From: Ptychomitrium polyphyllum
Lineage: Eukaryota
Length of the DNA: 64,000 nucleotides
Assembly (NCBI GenBank): GCA_973851085.1
Contig: OZ316776.1
Span: forward strand, 9,176,001-9,240,000
Direction of reading: 5' to 3'
The position numbers and the translations under genes are program-made. The notes below the pieces were generated by a model that worked only from the letters and a program-made list of their open reading frames with translations, searched no databases and was not told where the DNA came from. This document shows positions 1-12,060 of the stretch, piece after piece (position 1 is the first letter of the stretch; every line of letters begins with the position of its first letter).

Positions 1-479
1 CGTGCAGCGTCCCCCAACCCAGAAAAGCCCACAACAGTCACGACAGCCTCTCCCAAATCACTGCAACATCCCCACCACGCCTCTCCCAGGATATGCACAG
101 GGACCACAAACCAGTTGCCTACCTGGACCGTCCCATTTCCACAAAGAACTCCCGTAGGCCATCCCCAAACCCTAATGAATCTCCTAGCCTCGGCCCAGCA
201 AAACAGCACAGGTGAACAATGCACGGGAACTGCGTCTACACCTCCCAGCATCGCCCCACGTATCTGCAACCCCCAGCATCCACCCAACTGCCACACGCTA
301 AGCCTTCCCAACAACCCTAAACACAAAATCCGATGAACACGTCCCCCCGGAAACCACTCGTCACTCAGACACGGATCACCACAACCCGCACAGGCTCTCC
401 ACACTCCCCTCGTCACTGCCACCCCAGAATTCCCACGAACCGACTCCCACACCACCTCAATTCACCCCAGGGCACACAC

Positions 480-911
480 CTGCTTCACAATCTTCGCCTT
501 CAGCTCCTCCGTGACCACGGGTTTGCCGGGCTGCGCCGCCGTCGCTGTAGGCTCGCCCTCCCCGCCATGATCCGACGCTGCCAACACCTCCGCCCCATCC
601 GTCCCCTCCTTCGCCGACCCCCTGTCAAAGCCGGGTGGCGACTCTGAAATATGCTCCTCCGCTGCCGGGACGAAAACCTCCGGAGGCGCCGGTGCTTCCG
701 TCGCGCGCGGCGGAGGAATTATCACAGGAATCACTGACGACGGAGCCTGGACCAGAGCCGGGGGACTGAACCCTAATCCTGGAGCACGCCCCGGCAGAGA
801 AGTAGAACACGCTATCTGCAAGCCCTTCGGAACGAACGCCGGTGCACCTGCATTCAACCTCGAGCCCGACAGAGAACGGCTCAGAAGCTGCACCTTCCTC
901 TCCTCTCCACC
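480..911 (-). CDS. LARP6: LARP6 exon carrying the PAM2 motif and the start of the La motif
   Basis: Branch-like GCTGAC and acceptor AAGCAG|GGT at 912/911. Encodes SRLNAGAPAFVP (PAM2, typical of plant LARP6b/c) and ends EELKAKIVKQ|GTGTGT (first La-motif helix), which continues exactly as VEFYFSD at 2785 on the + strand. Confidence 0.85.
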
Positions 912-1935
912 CTGCTTCACACAGATCCACCCGTCAGCACGGAGCGTCTTCTGCGCATCAAATTTTCACTCGACTCAAATTTCACAACCGGTCCACAAGG
1001 CCGCGGCGACCTCAGACGTGCAGCCGAGATGGCCAGGGAAACAAACAACAACTGCCAAAAGCCCGCCAGATCGCCTTGCTGCCGCAATGCGACTGCAATC
1101 ACAAAAACTACACGGCACGTTCTCCTATCCCACGGTTCTACTGCCCATTCGCGTGCTGCCCTGGGCTTAGCGACACCACTCGCCGCAGAAGCACGCACCC
1201 CTAGCCAACACTCAATTCCGCATCCTACGTAATCAGACATCCGTCGGACACCCAGACTCCCGCAAGGTCGAATGCGCCGTGCTGCTCTTGGCCTAGGGCG
1301 CAAGACGGATCGAGGCCCCACGCAAACCAGGTCAGAATCCCTCCGATGCCGACCTGACCGACCGGAGTAACCGCACCACCGAGGCCGACAGGTGAGATGC
1401 AGCAAATGGCGAGAGATGCGTGAGTAATTCGCCATCAAGAAGAACAGGATGCCCCGAACCACTCCGCACAATAGGTGGAACAAATCGATTCCGTTTCAAA
1501 TGCCAATAACGACGCCTATCCGACGAGAATTGCAGCAGAACCAGATGCATTGTACCAGCTGCTCCTCCCCCGTCCACATACTCATCCGCACGCTCTCTCC
1601 CTCTCTCGGGAGCAACTAACAATCATAGCAGTAACGGGTGCTTGGACACAGAGAGATCGGCTGCGGCATCGTCCAGCCCCGGCACACACGGCGTACCTGC
1701 CGTCGTGCAAATCAGGTCAGACCGGAACAAACGTACGCAGCCAGCGCCGCGAGCGAGGGCAGCCGTACGACCACCGCAATTGCAACCCTAAGTTGCGCGA
1801 CCAGGTTCAGCGCAATCGCGCCGGCCATCCCCCAATCGCTGCACGAGAGCGATGAGCCCGGGCAGATTCGGCTCCCGAGGTGACGGATCAGACCGTGAAC
1901 GCAGGACATGCGCGAGAGAGAAAACCGTGACATAC

Positions 1936-2253
1936 CTGCGAAGGCAGAACAGGGAGAGCGGACGACGGCGCCGACGACGTGGAGGATGTGCGGCGGTGGT
2001 GGACAACATCCATGGGCGGCGTGCCAGAGCTCAAGCCCGGAGCCACAGCCACGGAAGCGCCAGGGGCGGAGAGAGGGGCGCCAGCCCTGCGGTGGTGGTG
2101 GTGGTGGTGGTGGTTATGGTGATTCGCCGCCATGGTCATGGTCGATGGTGGCGCCGATGGGACGGCCACCATGGCTGGTGCGGCGTCGGCAGCCAGGGCC
2201 CCGAAGGAGGAGCGCGGATGGTGCTGGGCCGGAGCCGCGGCGGACGGCGCCAT
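1936..2253 (-). CDS. LARP6: Probable first coding exon of the LARP6 gene (Ala/Pro/His-rich low-complexity N-terminus)
   Basis: ATG at 2253, then 106 codons (MAPSAAAP...NHHNHHHHHHH...PVLPSQ) ending in a phase-0 donor CAG|GTATGT at 1936/1935. This is compatible with the phase-0 acceptor at 912/911. The linkage to LARP6 is inferred. Confidence 0.55.
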
Positions 2254-2536
2254 GCCTGTCGCCTGGAGCCTGCCTGTCCGTCTAGGCGTGGTCGCGCTGC
2301 TCCGCCATCACCATAGACTCCATGGGCGCTGCGAAGCTCCCACCCTTCCCCCGACGAGGACCGTCACAGCTCGGAGCTCCCCGGTGCTTCGCCGTTCAAT
2401 GAATCCCAACCATGCCCTCCCAAGGGGACACTCCTTCCGCCTCTCGCAGACACTCGAACACGGTCCCTCTCGCGCACTACGTTCCCCCGCGTTCCCCGAG
2501 CTCCACGCCGCGCTCCCTTCCAGTCATTGCGATGCG

Positions 2537-2736
2537 NNNNNNNNNNNNNNNNNNNNNNNNNNNNNNNNNNNNNNNNNNNNNNNNNNNNNNNNNNNNNNNN
2601 NNNNNNNNNNNNNNNNNNNNNNNNNNNNNNNNNNNNNNNNNNNNNNNNNNNNNNNNNNNNNNNNNNNNNNNNNNNNNNNNNNNNNNNNNNNNNNNNNNNN
2701 NNNNNNNNNNNNNNNNNNNNNNNNNNNNNNNNNNNN
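2537..2736. other. Assembly gap (200 N)
   Basis: A run of exactly 200 N, a fixed-size scaffolding gap. Confidence 0.99.
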
Positions 2737-2784
2737 GGGCGTGGTATGTTGGTGGAGCACTGACGGGTCCGTGGCGGTGTGCAG

Positions 2785-5506
2785 GTGGAGTTCTATTTCA
2801 GCGATACCAACCTGCCGACCGACAATTACCTCATGAAGTTTGTGAAGAAGGATCCGGAGGGCTTTGGTATGTGGCACGTACCCGTGAGATGTGACACGAG
2901 TGAGGTCCGAGTGCATTGATGTGAGCGTGTGTGGGCTGTGCACAGTGATGTTTCGCGGTGGGAGTCGCCGTTGGCTGGGTGGTCCCGGCCATGTGGGGTG
3001 AGTGCGGTACTGACGAGGTGATCCGTTGGCTTGCAGTCCCCATTCCCGTGGTAGCGTCGTTCAGGAAGATCAAGCACCTCGTGAAGAACCACGGAGTTGT
3101 GGCGGCCGCTTTGCGAAACTCGGCACAGCTGGTGAGTGGTCTCTTTATGCCGGGATTGTACTGCTTGGATTGGGAGGAATGATCTCGCGGAGGATATTGG
3201 CGAGCAGAGGGCATGTGCTTGCCAATTGCGGGATCTGGCCCTGCCAGCTTAGGGCGGTGTTTTGGGATAGCGGAGTGTGTTGGTGGAAGTGGGGCCGGTA
3301 TTATGGAGGGACGTGGAAAGCTGCTTTGTGTGGAGGTAGTTTAGTACGAGACCATTTTATGTGGTGGTTGGTAGCAGTGTGACACCTGGTGTGTAACGCA
3401 AGATGGTTTTTTTTTTGGTGTGCGACAGGTCGTGAGTGAGGACGGGAAGAAGGTGAGGCGAGCTCAGCCACTTCCGGACGTGGATCTCGAGGAAGTGCAG
3501 GTGTGTTCCGCGGTTGGTACTCTGGGTTTGTTGGGTCGTTGGTGGAGCGTCTTTGGAAGTGTGATGGAACTGTTGGTTCACGTAGGCATGATGGGGTGGT
3601 TATGTCTTGGTTGTACATGCCGATCCGCGCTTGGGGGTTTTCTTTTCGGGGCGATTATAGTTTTTTGGCCTTGCAGTGGTTGATTTTCCGTGAGGTTCGG
3701 ACGTTTTTATGTGTATTTCGATGACTATGGGTCGGGCTGTGCGTGTGCTGATGTTGTGTCTTGCGGCACGGTGTTTGTGCAGTCCCGCACGGTGGTAGCT
3801 GAGAACCTTCCGGAGGAACATTCGGTCGAGAGCATGGAGCAGCTGTTTGGGAAGGTGGGCTCAGTGAAGATGGTCCGCATCTGTTCTCCAGAGGCTGCGA
3901 ACGGGGCTAACTCGACTGCAGCAAAGCACCCGAAAACTGACATGGTGATCAGCAATAAGGTGAGGGGGATGGTTCGCTGTGGTTCGTGTGAGATGCAGTC
4001 GGGGTTTGGGGCGTGCATGCGGTGGGGTGGAGGGGGTAGAGTGAGGGTGGATGGTTGGGAGCTGATGGTTTGAGGTGGTGTTGCAGTTGCATGCCCTGGT
4101 GGAGTACGAGTCTGTGGAGCTGGCAGAGAAAGCTGTGAGTCTTTCTACCCTTTCGTTGTTCGTTCTACAGTGTCGCAAATCAGTGTGGGTGGGTTTTTCT
4201 TGATCTGTACGGAAGTGGCGCACGTTCTCGGTGGAGGCTGGAAGGCGGCAGACTTTGAGTGAGTGGAGCGTTGTGAGGGGGTGCCGGCAGTCTGAGCACG
4301 TGTTGGAGCTCGCGACTGGAAATGTCGATGTTGGTCCGATGGGGATGTTTTTAGTCGAGGTAGCGTTGGTACCTGTGGTGGTGATGAGTGGGTATTGTTG
4401 TTGTTTCAGGTGGCAGAGCTGACGGATGAGCGGAACTGGAGGAGTGGATTACGTGTGCGTTTGCTGTTGAGGCGTCAGGTAGATATTCACATAGCTCTAT
4501 CGTGTTGGGCGGTTTTTGGTTTGTGCCGAGCTGTCATGGATACCGTAGACTGATGGCTTTCTGTAGACAGTGGTGCACGTGCGAAGCACGAGCGAGAAGT
4601 GTATGTGAGGACGGGGATGCGGTATGCATGTTTGGTTGGGATATATAGCGGAAGGTGGAGGTGCGCAGGACTCTGACCTATGTTTGTGTTAGGCGTTTCA
4701 GAGCAAGCACAGTTACCAGCAGGCTCCCCATCAGCGAGCGCGCAAGCCGAGTACAGATGGTGACCTGGCGATGGACGAGGAAGAGGGCATGCCGGAGAAG
4801 AACGGGGACAAGGGTCACGACAGGGGTGGCGAGGAGTTTTCAGGCTCGCAGCATCAGGCGGATCGTGGCGATGATGTTATGGTAAGCGGGATGTGTTTGA
4901 GGTGGACTGTGGTTGATGCACGCGACGGTGCGGTGCCGAGCATGCTGTGTGTACCGCATCTGTCAGGTCGAGTGTGTTTGTGGATGGTTACGGGGTTCTA
5001 GGCAGCTTTGTGGGTCCATGTTGCTGGAGACAAGCTTTGTAAGCGGCTTGATATACGAGCGGACGTTTGTGGGCGGGTTCTGGTAGTTGATGATGGCGAT
5101 AGTTGGAGTGGACGTTGTCGCTGGAGGGTATGGATGCTGCGGTGTGGAGTGCGGGAGAGAGGGCGATGGAGGCCTGATCGGATGTTTTCTCCTGGGGTGT
5201 GATGGGTTTGAATCGTTCTCTGACGTGCTTAGTGTGGGCGGCTGGCGACAGGGAGGCGAGGCGGGAGATGCGATGGGCAAGAAGGGCAGAGGTCGAGGGC
5301 GGGGCGGTAGAACAGGTGGCGGCAGGGGTCGTGGTCTGCACCACCACACACACTCGGGCACCCCTCCGCAGAACTCGCTGTACCTACTCTCTGAGACGGT
5401 AGGAAAGCCACCGCCAGGACCGCGGATGCCCGATGGGACCCGAGGGTTTTCCACGGGCAGGGGCAAGCTGCTGGCTGTGAACACTTCTGTAAACACTGTC
5501 GCCTAG
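2785..5506 (+). CDS. LARP6: La-related protein 6 (La motif, RRM, RGG-rich region, C-terminal LSA motif), 3' exons
   Basis: GT-AG exons 2785-2866, 3037-3131, 3429-3500, 3783-3959, 4087-4134, 4410-4478, ~4693/4702-4881 and 5252-5506 splice in frame: VEFYFSDTNLPTDNYLMKFVKKDPEGFVPIPVVASFRKIK...VVSEDGKKVRR...SRTVVAENLPE...LHALVEYESVELAEKAVAELTDERNWRSGLRVRLL...KPPPGPRMPDGTRGFSTGRGK. Confidence 0.93.
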
Positions 5507-6701
5507 TAATGTTGGTTGATAACAAAGCGTCAGAAGAGTTGTATGGAAGGGTGGTGTCACATGGGCCCCGCTCGTCTCTGATATCTGTGTGACCGACCTT
5601 GCCGTGTGTCGCATGCATCTTGGAAAGCATCTATTAGACCCTACTTGCTGTAAATACTTGTCGAATGAGTACATTCCGCCAGCCCTTAATCCGATGACAA
5701 GGGAGCTATTCTTTCTAAGAAGTGACTGGACTTTGTTTGGGGCGTGGGTGTTCGTTCGCCTGTAAAGTCGTGAATGCAATGGGTGGGTCATGGTTGGCTA
5801 TTTGGACGGGCTGGGAGTCGGGACCCTGTGTTGGTGTGTTCCGACGCGGTGGAAGAGAGAGTTCAATTCTCTCGGATTGTCTGTTAGCGGGGGGTGTGGT
5901 CGTATCTTCTATTTATTTACGGAGAGGACGTGCTAGATGGATGGGTTTGAAGTTGCTGCGTGTTGTATTGGACTGTATGTGGTTCAGTATTGGTCTGGCC
6001 TTTCCTGATGTTGTGATGTTCGTGTTCCTCGTTTGGTAGTGAGGTGGAGATTTATATCATTATTATTATGATTATTGTGTACCTATTAATCTTAGCTTGC
6101 AGTCTTCAGCTTTTTCGACTACGATTTTTGAGAATTGTACTTGGGCACTGGTGAGCAACTCGTCTGTTTTGGGTATCTTTGAGCAGCATGATATACCATA
6201 CTTTTGAGAACAAAGAGATGGATGGGAGTTGCGTCGAGGCATTTCATCTTATTGCAACAATCGTCTTGCTTGCATCTCTGTAGGATTGAATTGCTTGACC
6301 AGACTTATTTTGTGATGTGATTCAAATATACTGGATTTTTTAAACTGCAGCATCTATTTTGAATGGGACTAATTTTGCTTTGGATACCGAGTGGTATGAT
6401 TTTTGGAGAAGAGATTGTAACTCTCGAAGGCGACCCCATTTTCGTTTCATTATTTAGCCTCATTTTCACCACCTCATTTTTCATGTTTTTGAGCGTTCTT
6501 TTCGAAAAATTGAAGCTTATACGAAATCGAAGGCGAAGATGCTTAAATTATTTTCCAGTTGGCGAAGCTATTAATTTTCATGTCTATACAGAAGGTCTTC
6601 TGAAATGCTTTTATTTGTTTTGCTTTTTTCGAATTTGAATGACACGGATGAGCCCAGAACGAGAACATCTGAAACAGAAGAATAAAAGCATCCATGTGGA
6701 T

Positions 6702-6849
6702 ACATCATGAAAAATAGGAAATAGTTGAGAAAGACTAAATTCTGAACGGTTGGAGTTTTGTTGACTTATTCAATCCACATCATGAAAAATAGGAAATAGT
6801 TGAGAAAGACTAAATTCTGAACGGTTGGAGTTTTGTTGACTTATTCAAT
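6702..6849. repeat. Exact tandem duplication, ~75-bp period, 2 copies
   Basis: ACATCATGAAAAATAGG...GACTTATTCAAT at 6702-6774 and again at 6777-6849. Confidence 0.9.
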
Positions 6850-9800
6850 ATTAGATTTTTTGCAATCTGAATTCTAGATTCTAGAGTATAAGACAAATTA
6901 AAAAGAAGGTAGAATGAGATCATAATATATCCTTGAAATTTTTTAATGATGATGTATGCTTTTCCAAGACTTAAGGTTGAACATGATGATTTGGCACATT
7001 TTGGAAGGCAATAAATGTGCTTTTTATTGCAGTCATTGTAATGTACAAGCAATTTTGATAAAAAATAAAATCATATTTGATTATTGAATGAGGTGAATTG
7101 GCCATTGTTGCCAATTGTAACTATTCCTTTTTGTGGATTTTTTGACAACTATTTAATTTTTCAATTAGAGATGCTAAAGTTCAAAGGTAGTTGTAAATTG
7201 AGTTATAACCTCCCAATAAAAATTGAAGGAGTTGGAAACTATCAAAAGATGCTAGAATAAAACTTCCATAAGCACCACTAGATGTGGGATGTGAACACCA
7301 ATGATATTCTACCTAAAGTTGTGTAATGTGTGCATAGTGTTGATTAATTTACTAATTAATCCTTAAAGAATCCTTGACATTTCATGTTTTGAAAACTTAC
7401 AAAGATCCGTCACAAAATACCACTATTTAACACTACTTTCATGAATCGTTTGGAATTGGTGTGCGTACAAAAGTTGTAGAGTTTGAATTGCAGTTTATAT
7501 CACACATAGGTCCAATGCTTATATCACCACCAGTATTGTACAAAGTCCACATCTTTACATTTGAAGTTTTTCCGAAAACTAATCACAAACAAAATGTCGA
7601 CAATTCTTGAATAAAGTTTGTTGTGATGGGTTTGAGATGTGATACTCCAAGTGTGGTGATTTTTGGACGTTTTGCAATTGCATAAATTCTTGATGATTCT
7701 CACACAATCTATGACTCTCCATAATAATGAGTGATAATTTCATGTTATATAATCTATAAATTTTGCAAACTGTACAAACAAATAGTATGGAATTTATATA
7801 CACTTTCAGATGATGCACTCATTACATTATTTTGTTTGTCATATCACACCTCCATCCTCCATTAACCAATTAATTAATTAAGTTTTTTGTGCATAAGCCA
7901 CTTTAGTGCAGTGGATGCCAAGGAAAAACACTCACCATGTCACACCCACCTTTAATACTTTTGAAGTGTACTTTGTTAATCAATATATGGAATTTTTCTT
8001 GCATAGTCATGTGATGTGTGCATAGTCATTATAATCCTCTTCCATCACCTCCATACATTAAGTCTATTTCTACTACATATTTTGTATCAAAGACTCATCT
8101 AATTGAGCTAAAGTTTTTTTACTACCGCTTCATAAGTCACATAAATCAAGTTTCAATCCCATCTCATATTTGGAAAATATCATATATGGGCATTTTAATA
8201 GATGATGCATGTTGGCACTTGTGGAATACCTTGCCTCATATGAGTATTGACTCCTAAAAGATATACGCCCATAAGAAGGTTTCCACAATTTTAAGATCCT
8301 ACAATGTCATTTTTTGAGTGTGATTTTTTGAAATTCCTACTGATTTTTTGTGAAGGTTGGGGAATGCGTGGGCTTTGATGGAGCACTTTTTTCTTTTTTG
8401 GTTTATTTTTCGTTGGTCGTCGAGGTAAGAAAAGAATCCTGTTTTAAATAGATTTCTTTTATACTGAAGAGTCAATTTGGGCAAGGTGAAGGGCCAATGA
8501 AGAGGAGGGAGAAAACTTGTTGAGTTTTGGCAGGGGCTACAAGGTAGAACGTGGAATGGTGAGGGAGAGGAGGCACAGAAAAGTGAAACACTAGGCTTGC
8601 TAAAATGAATCCAATCATAAATTGGGCTGGTGACTTCAAGGATGGATTCTGAAATTGTGCAACAACAAGAATGTGTGCTAGATTGCAAGGAAAGAAATTT
8701 CTCCCGAGTCTCTTTGGGAGGCTTAGCTGGGAATTTGGAGGATTGGAGGGAGTAACTTCAAGGATGTCCAATTTGGATTTTGTATTATCAATGGAGGACC
8801 AATGGAACAGTCGTGGATTTCCTTCTGAGAACATCTCTTTGGCTGCTCTCATAGGCATTAGTACCCATTATTGCATGTTTTGATATCTCAAAGAGAGAGT
8901 TTTACTTAATTCTTTAATTTTATTCCAACTGCTCCAGGGAAACACAGCCTTTGTGCTTACCATCGGGTTTAACAGTATGTTAAAAAAAAATGAATTTGCA
9001 AAAGACTCCATCAAAATTGCATGGCGCCATAATGTCATTTTGCATTCTTTTCATTTCAAAGATCTTTTGAACATCTTACATCCCTCTTCTATGTGGTACA
9101 CACATAGCTAACATGGCATTCTTATTAAGGATGAAAACACTCAACTTGTAAAGTGCAGAAATTTGCATTCAAGGAGTCATAATTTGCTCTCGTTTTTAGG
9201 AAGCGTGCAAACTGTTCAATTTCTTGTTTTGAAGTGCCTTACAATTGTTTTTATTAGAGTAGACTCTCTTTTTGTATTATCATGAAATTGTCTGAGTATT
9301 GTAGAAGGCTGGACATGCAGCATTGTTGTAAGTGGTTTGTTTGTGCTTGCTCTGTGATTTTTCCAAGTTGAGTATTTGGATTGCATCAAGTGTATGTAGT
9401 TTATATTACGTGAGATTTTCATTTATTGGACACTGGCATCAATGTATTCGTTTGTTTGTGGATGTGTAGCAAGTTTCAATTAAACTGTTTTGCCTTCCTA
9501 TGTACGGTTTTTTCAGTTTGTGAAATATAGTTTGTAAGAAGTACTTGGCAATCAAACTTGAAGTTTTTAAACCTAGCAATGTAAAATGTGCAATTGCAAA
9601 TCTCTATCTTGGATGATTATATATATACATATATATATATAAACAAATTTCTCATTACGTTGTACCTTTTCAGCTGAAATATTAACTCCCATTCTAATTG
9701 TAGTTGCTTTTATGTATGGAGTAATCTTTATGGTTACCAAGGTGCACAATAAGAAGTCAATCATTCCTTCACCACCAACTTGTTTGATCTCAAGGAGCTA

Positions 9801-10765
9801 ATTTTTGGGTGAGAAGTGCAACTATCAAGTGTGTTGTTTGGGTTCTTTCCAACACAACGGGTTTTTGGCAACTTTCCCTCTTTTCTTCCATAGAACTCGA
9901 TGCCTTTTCTTTAGCACTTTTTTGTCAAGATGTTTCGCGTAGCTGATCAGATATGAACAGCATTGCGCAGCTCTGATGTACGGAACTTTTGTGACTCTTC
10001 GCTTGGGGAATTGAACGCACCATCAAAGAATAAAGCTGTAAGATCAAGCGCGTTTCGTCCAAAACGCATACAGAAATTGGGGAATGGAGTTGTTGCAGAG
10101 CATACGTACTTAATGTTCCAACCCGTCAGAAAACGTTAAGCTGCAGGGGGTATCCGTGACTGAGTCCCCGTTGGCAGCGAACGTTTGTATAAAAGTGTCT
10201 GAAAGTTGTGTGATTTGTTGCAGAGAAAGTCCACAACCATCACCAGCTTCTTGTCCGCTATCTACTGCAAAAACCAAGAGTGCATGAACACATGTTATTT
10301 ATCAAACATGTCGTGGGCTACACTTTATTATGTGAGTGCTCGTCCCTCCAGCGTCGATACGCTGAAACAGAATCCGGACAATAAGTTCTATGAATAACCA
10401 CGGCCGTTCCGCTCACAATACAGCATATCCAACTAATCCTGATCACCAGCTAATGATTACAAACAAAATATGACCGCCACAGATACCAGCCAACCAGTTG
10501 CAACTAAGACACAGAACCCGGCGACACATAAGACAGTAATTCTACAGAAAACATCCGCTGCTGTACGAATTCAAAACTGTTAAGTCACAACAACCAAGAC
10601 TGCAGACAATACAAATTATCCTTCAACCAAGAGAGATACTTTCGATGCCTCTACCTAGATTACCACTCCCGCAGAAGACCAGCACACAGGAAAACAAGAA
10701 CCACCACTCCCAAAACAGCACACCATCACACCGTCAACCAGGAGTGCTCCTCTCTTCTCAGTGGT

Positions 10766-10781
10766 GGTGTTCATGAACACC
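10766..10781 (-). other. Histone 3' stem-loop-like palindrome of H2B copy 1
   Basis: GGTGTT-CATG-AACACC followed by ACCAC, 37 nt after the stop codon on the sense (-) strand. Confidence 0.7.
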
Positions 10782-10818
10782 GACTGGATTCTTCACGCGG
10801 ACGCGTGCGCCTCCCGCC

Positions 10819-11710
10819 TCACGCGCTCGTGAACTTCGTCACCGCCTTCGTCCCTTCCGACACCGCGTGCTTCGCCAGCTCCCCGGGCAGGATCAGCCTC
10901 ACCGCCGTCTGGATCTCCCGCGACGTGATCGTCGGCTTCTTGTTGTACCGCGCCAGCCGCGCAGCCTCCTGCGCCAGCTTCTCGAAGATGTCGTTGATGA
11001 ACGAGTTCATGATGCCCATCGCCTTCGACGAGATGCCCGTGTCGGGGTGCACCTGCACAACCACACAAAATCACCGATCCACGTCACATCCACCTCCCTC
11101 CGCCGCTGCACGCACCCGACCACACACTCCCACCACGACCACGCCGCCTTGTCCGCCAAATCCCCCAACCCTAAACCCATCGCTCGTTCCCGGGCCTCGC
11201 CTGCGCCTCCACCTCCTCACACCCACACCTCAAACCCCGCTGCCCTTAACTGCACAACGTAGCCCTCTGGACCCTAGTCGCCTACTCACAACTCCACTAC
11301 TCGGGACCGCCGCCACACACCCCAACCAAACTCCCGCCGTCACCCACCCAAACAAGCGCGGAACGCCAGCCTCCAACCCACGCACTGTGGACATCTCACA
11401 ACTCACTCCCCCGCATACCCCGCGCACAACCTGCCACTCAACACCACCGCGCACACCCTCACCGCTACGCCGCACACCTCCACCCTCGCCACAATTGCGC
11501 ACGCACACACCACACTGGATCGCGACGCCGTACCTGCTTCAACACCTTGTAGATGTAGATCTTGTACGTCTCCACGCTCTTCTTGCTCTTCTTCTTCTTG
11601 CCCTCGCCCTTCGAGTCCGCCTTGATCTTCTTCTCCGCCTTCTTCACCACGGGCTTCTTCTCGGCCTTCGACTTGCCGGCCTTCTGCTCCTCCGCCGCCT
11701 TAGGAGCCAT
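10819..11710 (-). CDS. H2B: Histone H2B (copy 1), 136 aa, one 481-nt intron
   Basis: Exons 11710-11534 ([10 protein letters not shown]...[11 protein letters not shown]) and 11052-10819 ([12 protein letters not shown]...AVTKFTSA*), with a phase-0 GT-AG intron. Confidence 0.97.
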
Positions 11711-11849
11711 CGCTGCGAACCGACGATACGAGTGGAGACCCCAGTGGGGGCCGAGACACCAGGAAGCGCTGCGCGAGACAGGAATGGCGATGGCGACGCG
11801 GGCACCTACCGTCGAGCGCGGAGTCTGAGCCGGCTGCCCCAGGTCGGGC

Positions 11850-12060
11850 GGGCTTATGCGCCCGACCTGGAGTGTCCGAGGCGGCCAATGGGAGGGCCGG
11901 GAGGGCACGGTGCGGATCGGGGCGGCGCACCGTGCGATGAGGATCGGACGGGCGGCGTTTGAAGTGGCGAGCGGCGGGGTGATGGCGGGAAATCTCTTAC
12001 TTGGGCGGGGTTTGAAAGATGGCGGGAAGAGGAGTGGGGACAATGCATCCGACGTGGATC
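11850..12060 (-). promoter_or_regulatory. H2B copy 1 promoter: CCAAT box, octamer-like GATCCGCA, E2F sites, TTTGAA (CHR-like) elements, CCACGTC hexamer-like
   Basis: On the + strand: GGCCAATGGG, TGCGGATC, GGGCGGCGTTTGAA, TGGCGGGAAA, TGGGCGGGGTTTGAAA, TGGCGGGAAG and GACGTGG. Confidence 0.6.

Larger units (their letters stand above)
10663..12058. repeat. Left arm of ~1.4 kb inverted segmental duplication (partner 43990-45384)
   Basis: The reverse complement matches 43990-45384 through promoter, exons, intron and ~155 nt of 3' UTR. The ORF translations 10805..11962 and 44086..45243 are identical. Confidence 0.95.

Noticed and set aside
7300..9900. Short ORFs (8299..8688, 8472..8858) in AT-rich intergenic DNA
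   Set aside because: No recognisable domain or splice structure. Possibly old transposon debris, but not assignable.
2785..11710. Functional link between LARP6 (a stem-loop-binding family) and the neighbouring H2B hairpin
   Set aside because: Only physical proximity supports it, and gene adjacency in plants rarely implies interaction.
10805..11962. 385-aa ORF (and its twin 44086..45243) antisense to H2B
   Set aside because: A shadow ORF caused by high GC3 and the C/A-rich antisense intron. It starts at GTG, is Pro/Thr low-complexity, and has no independent coding signal.
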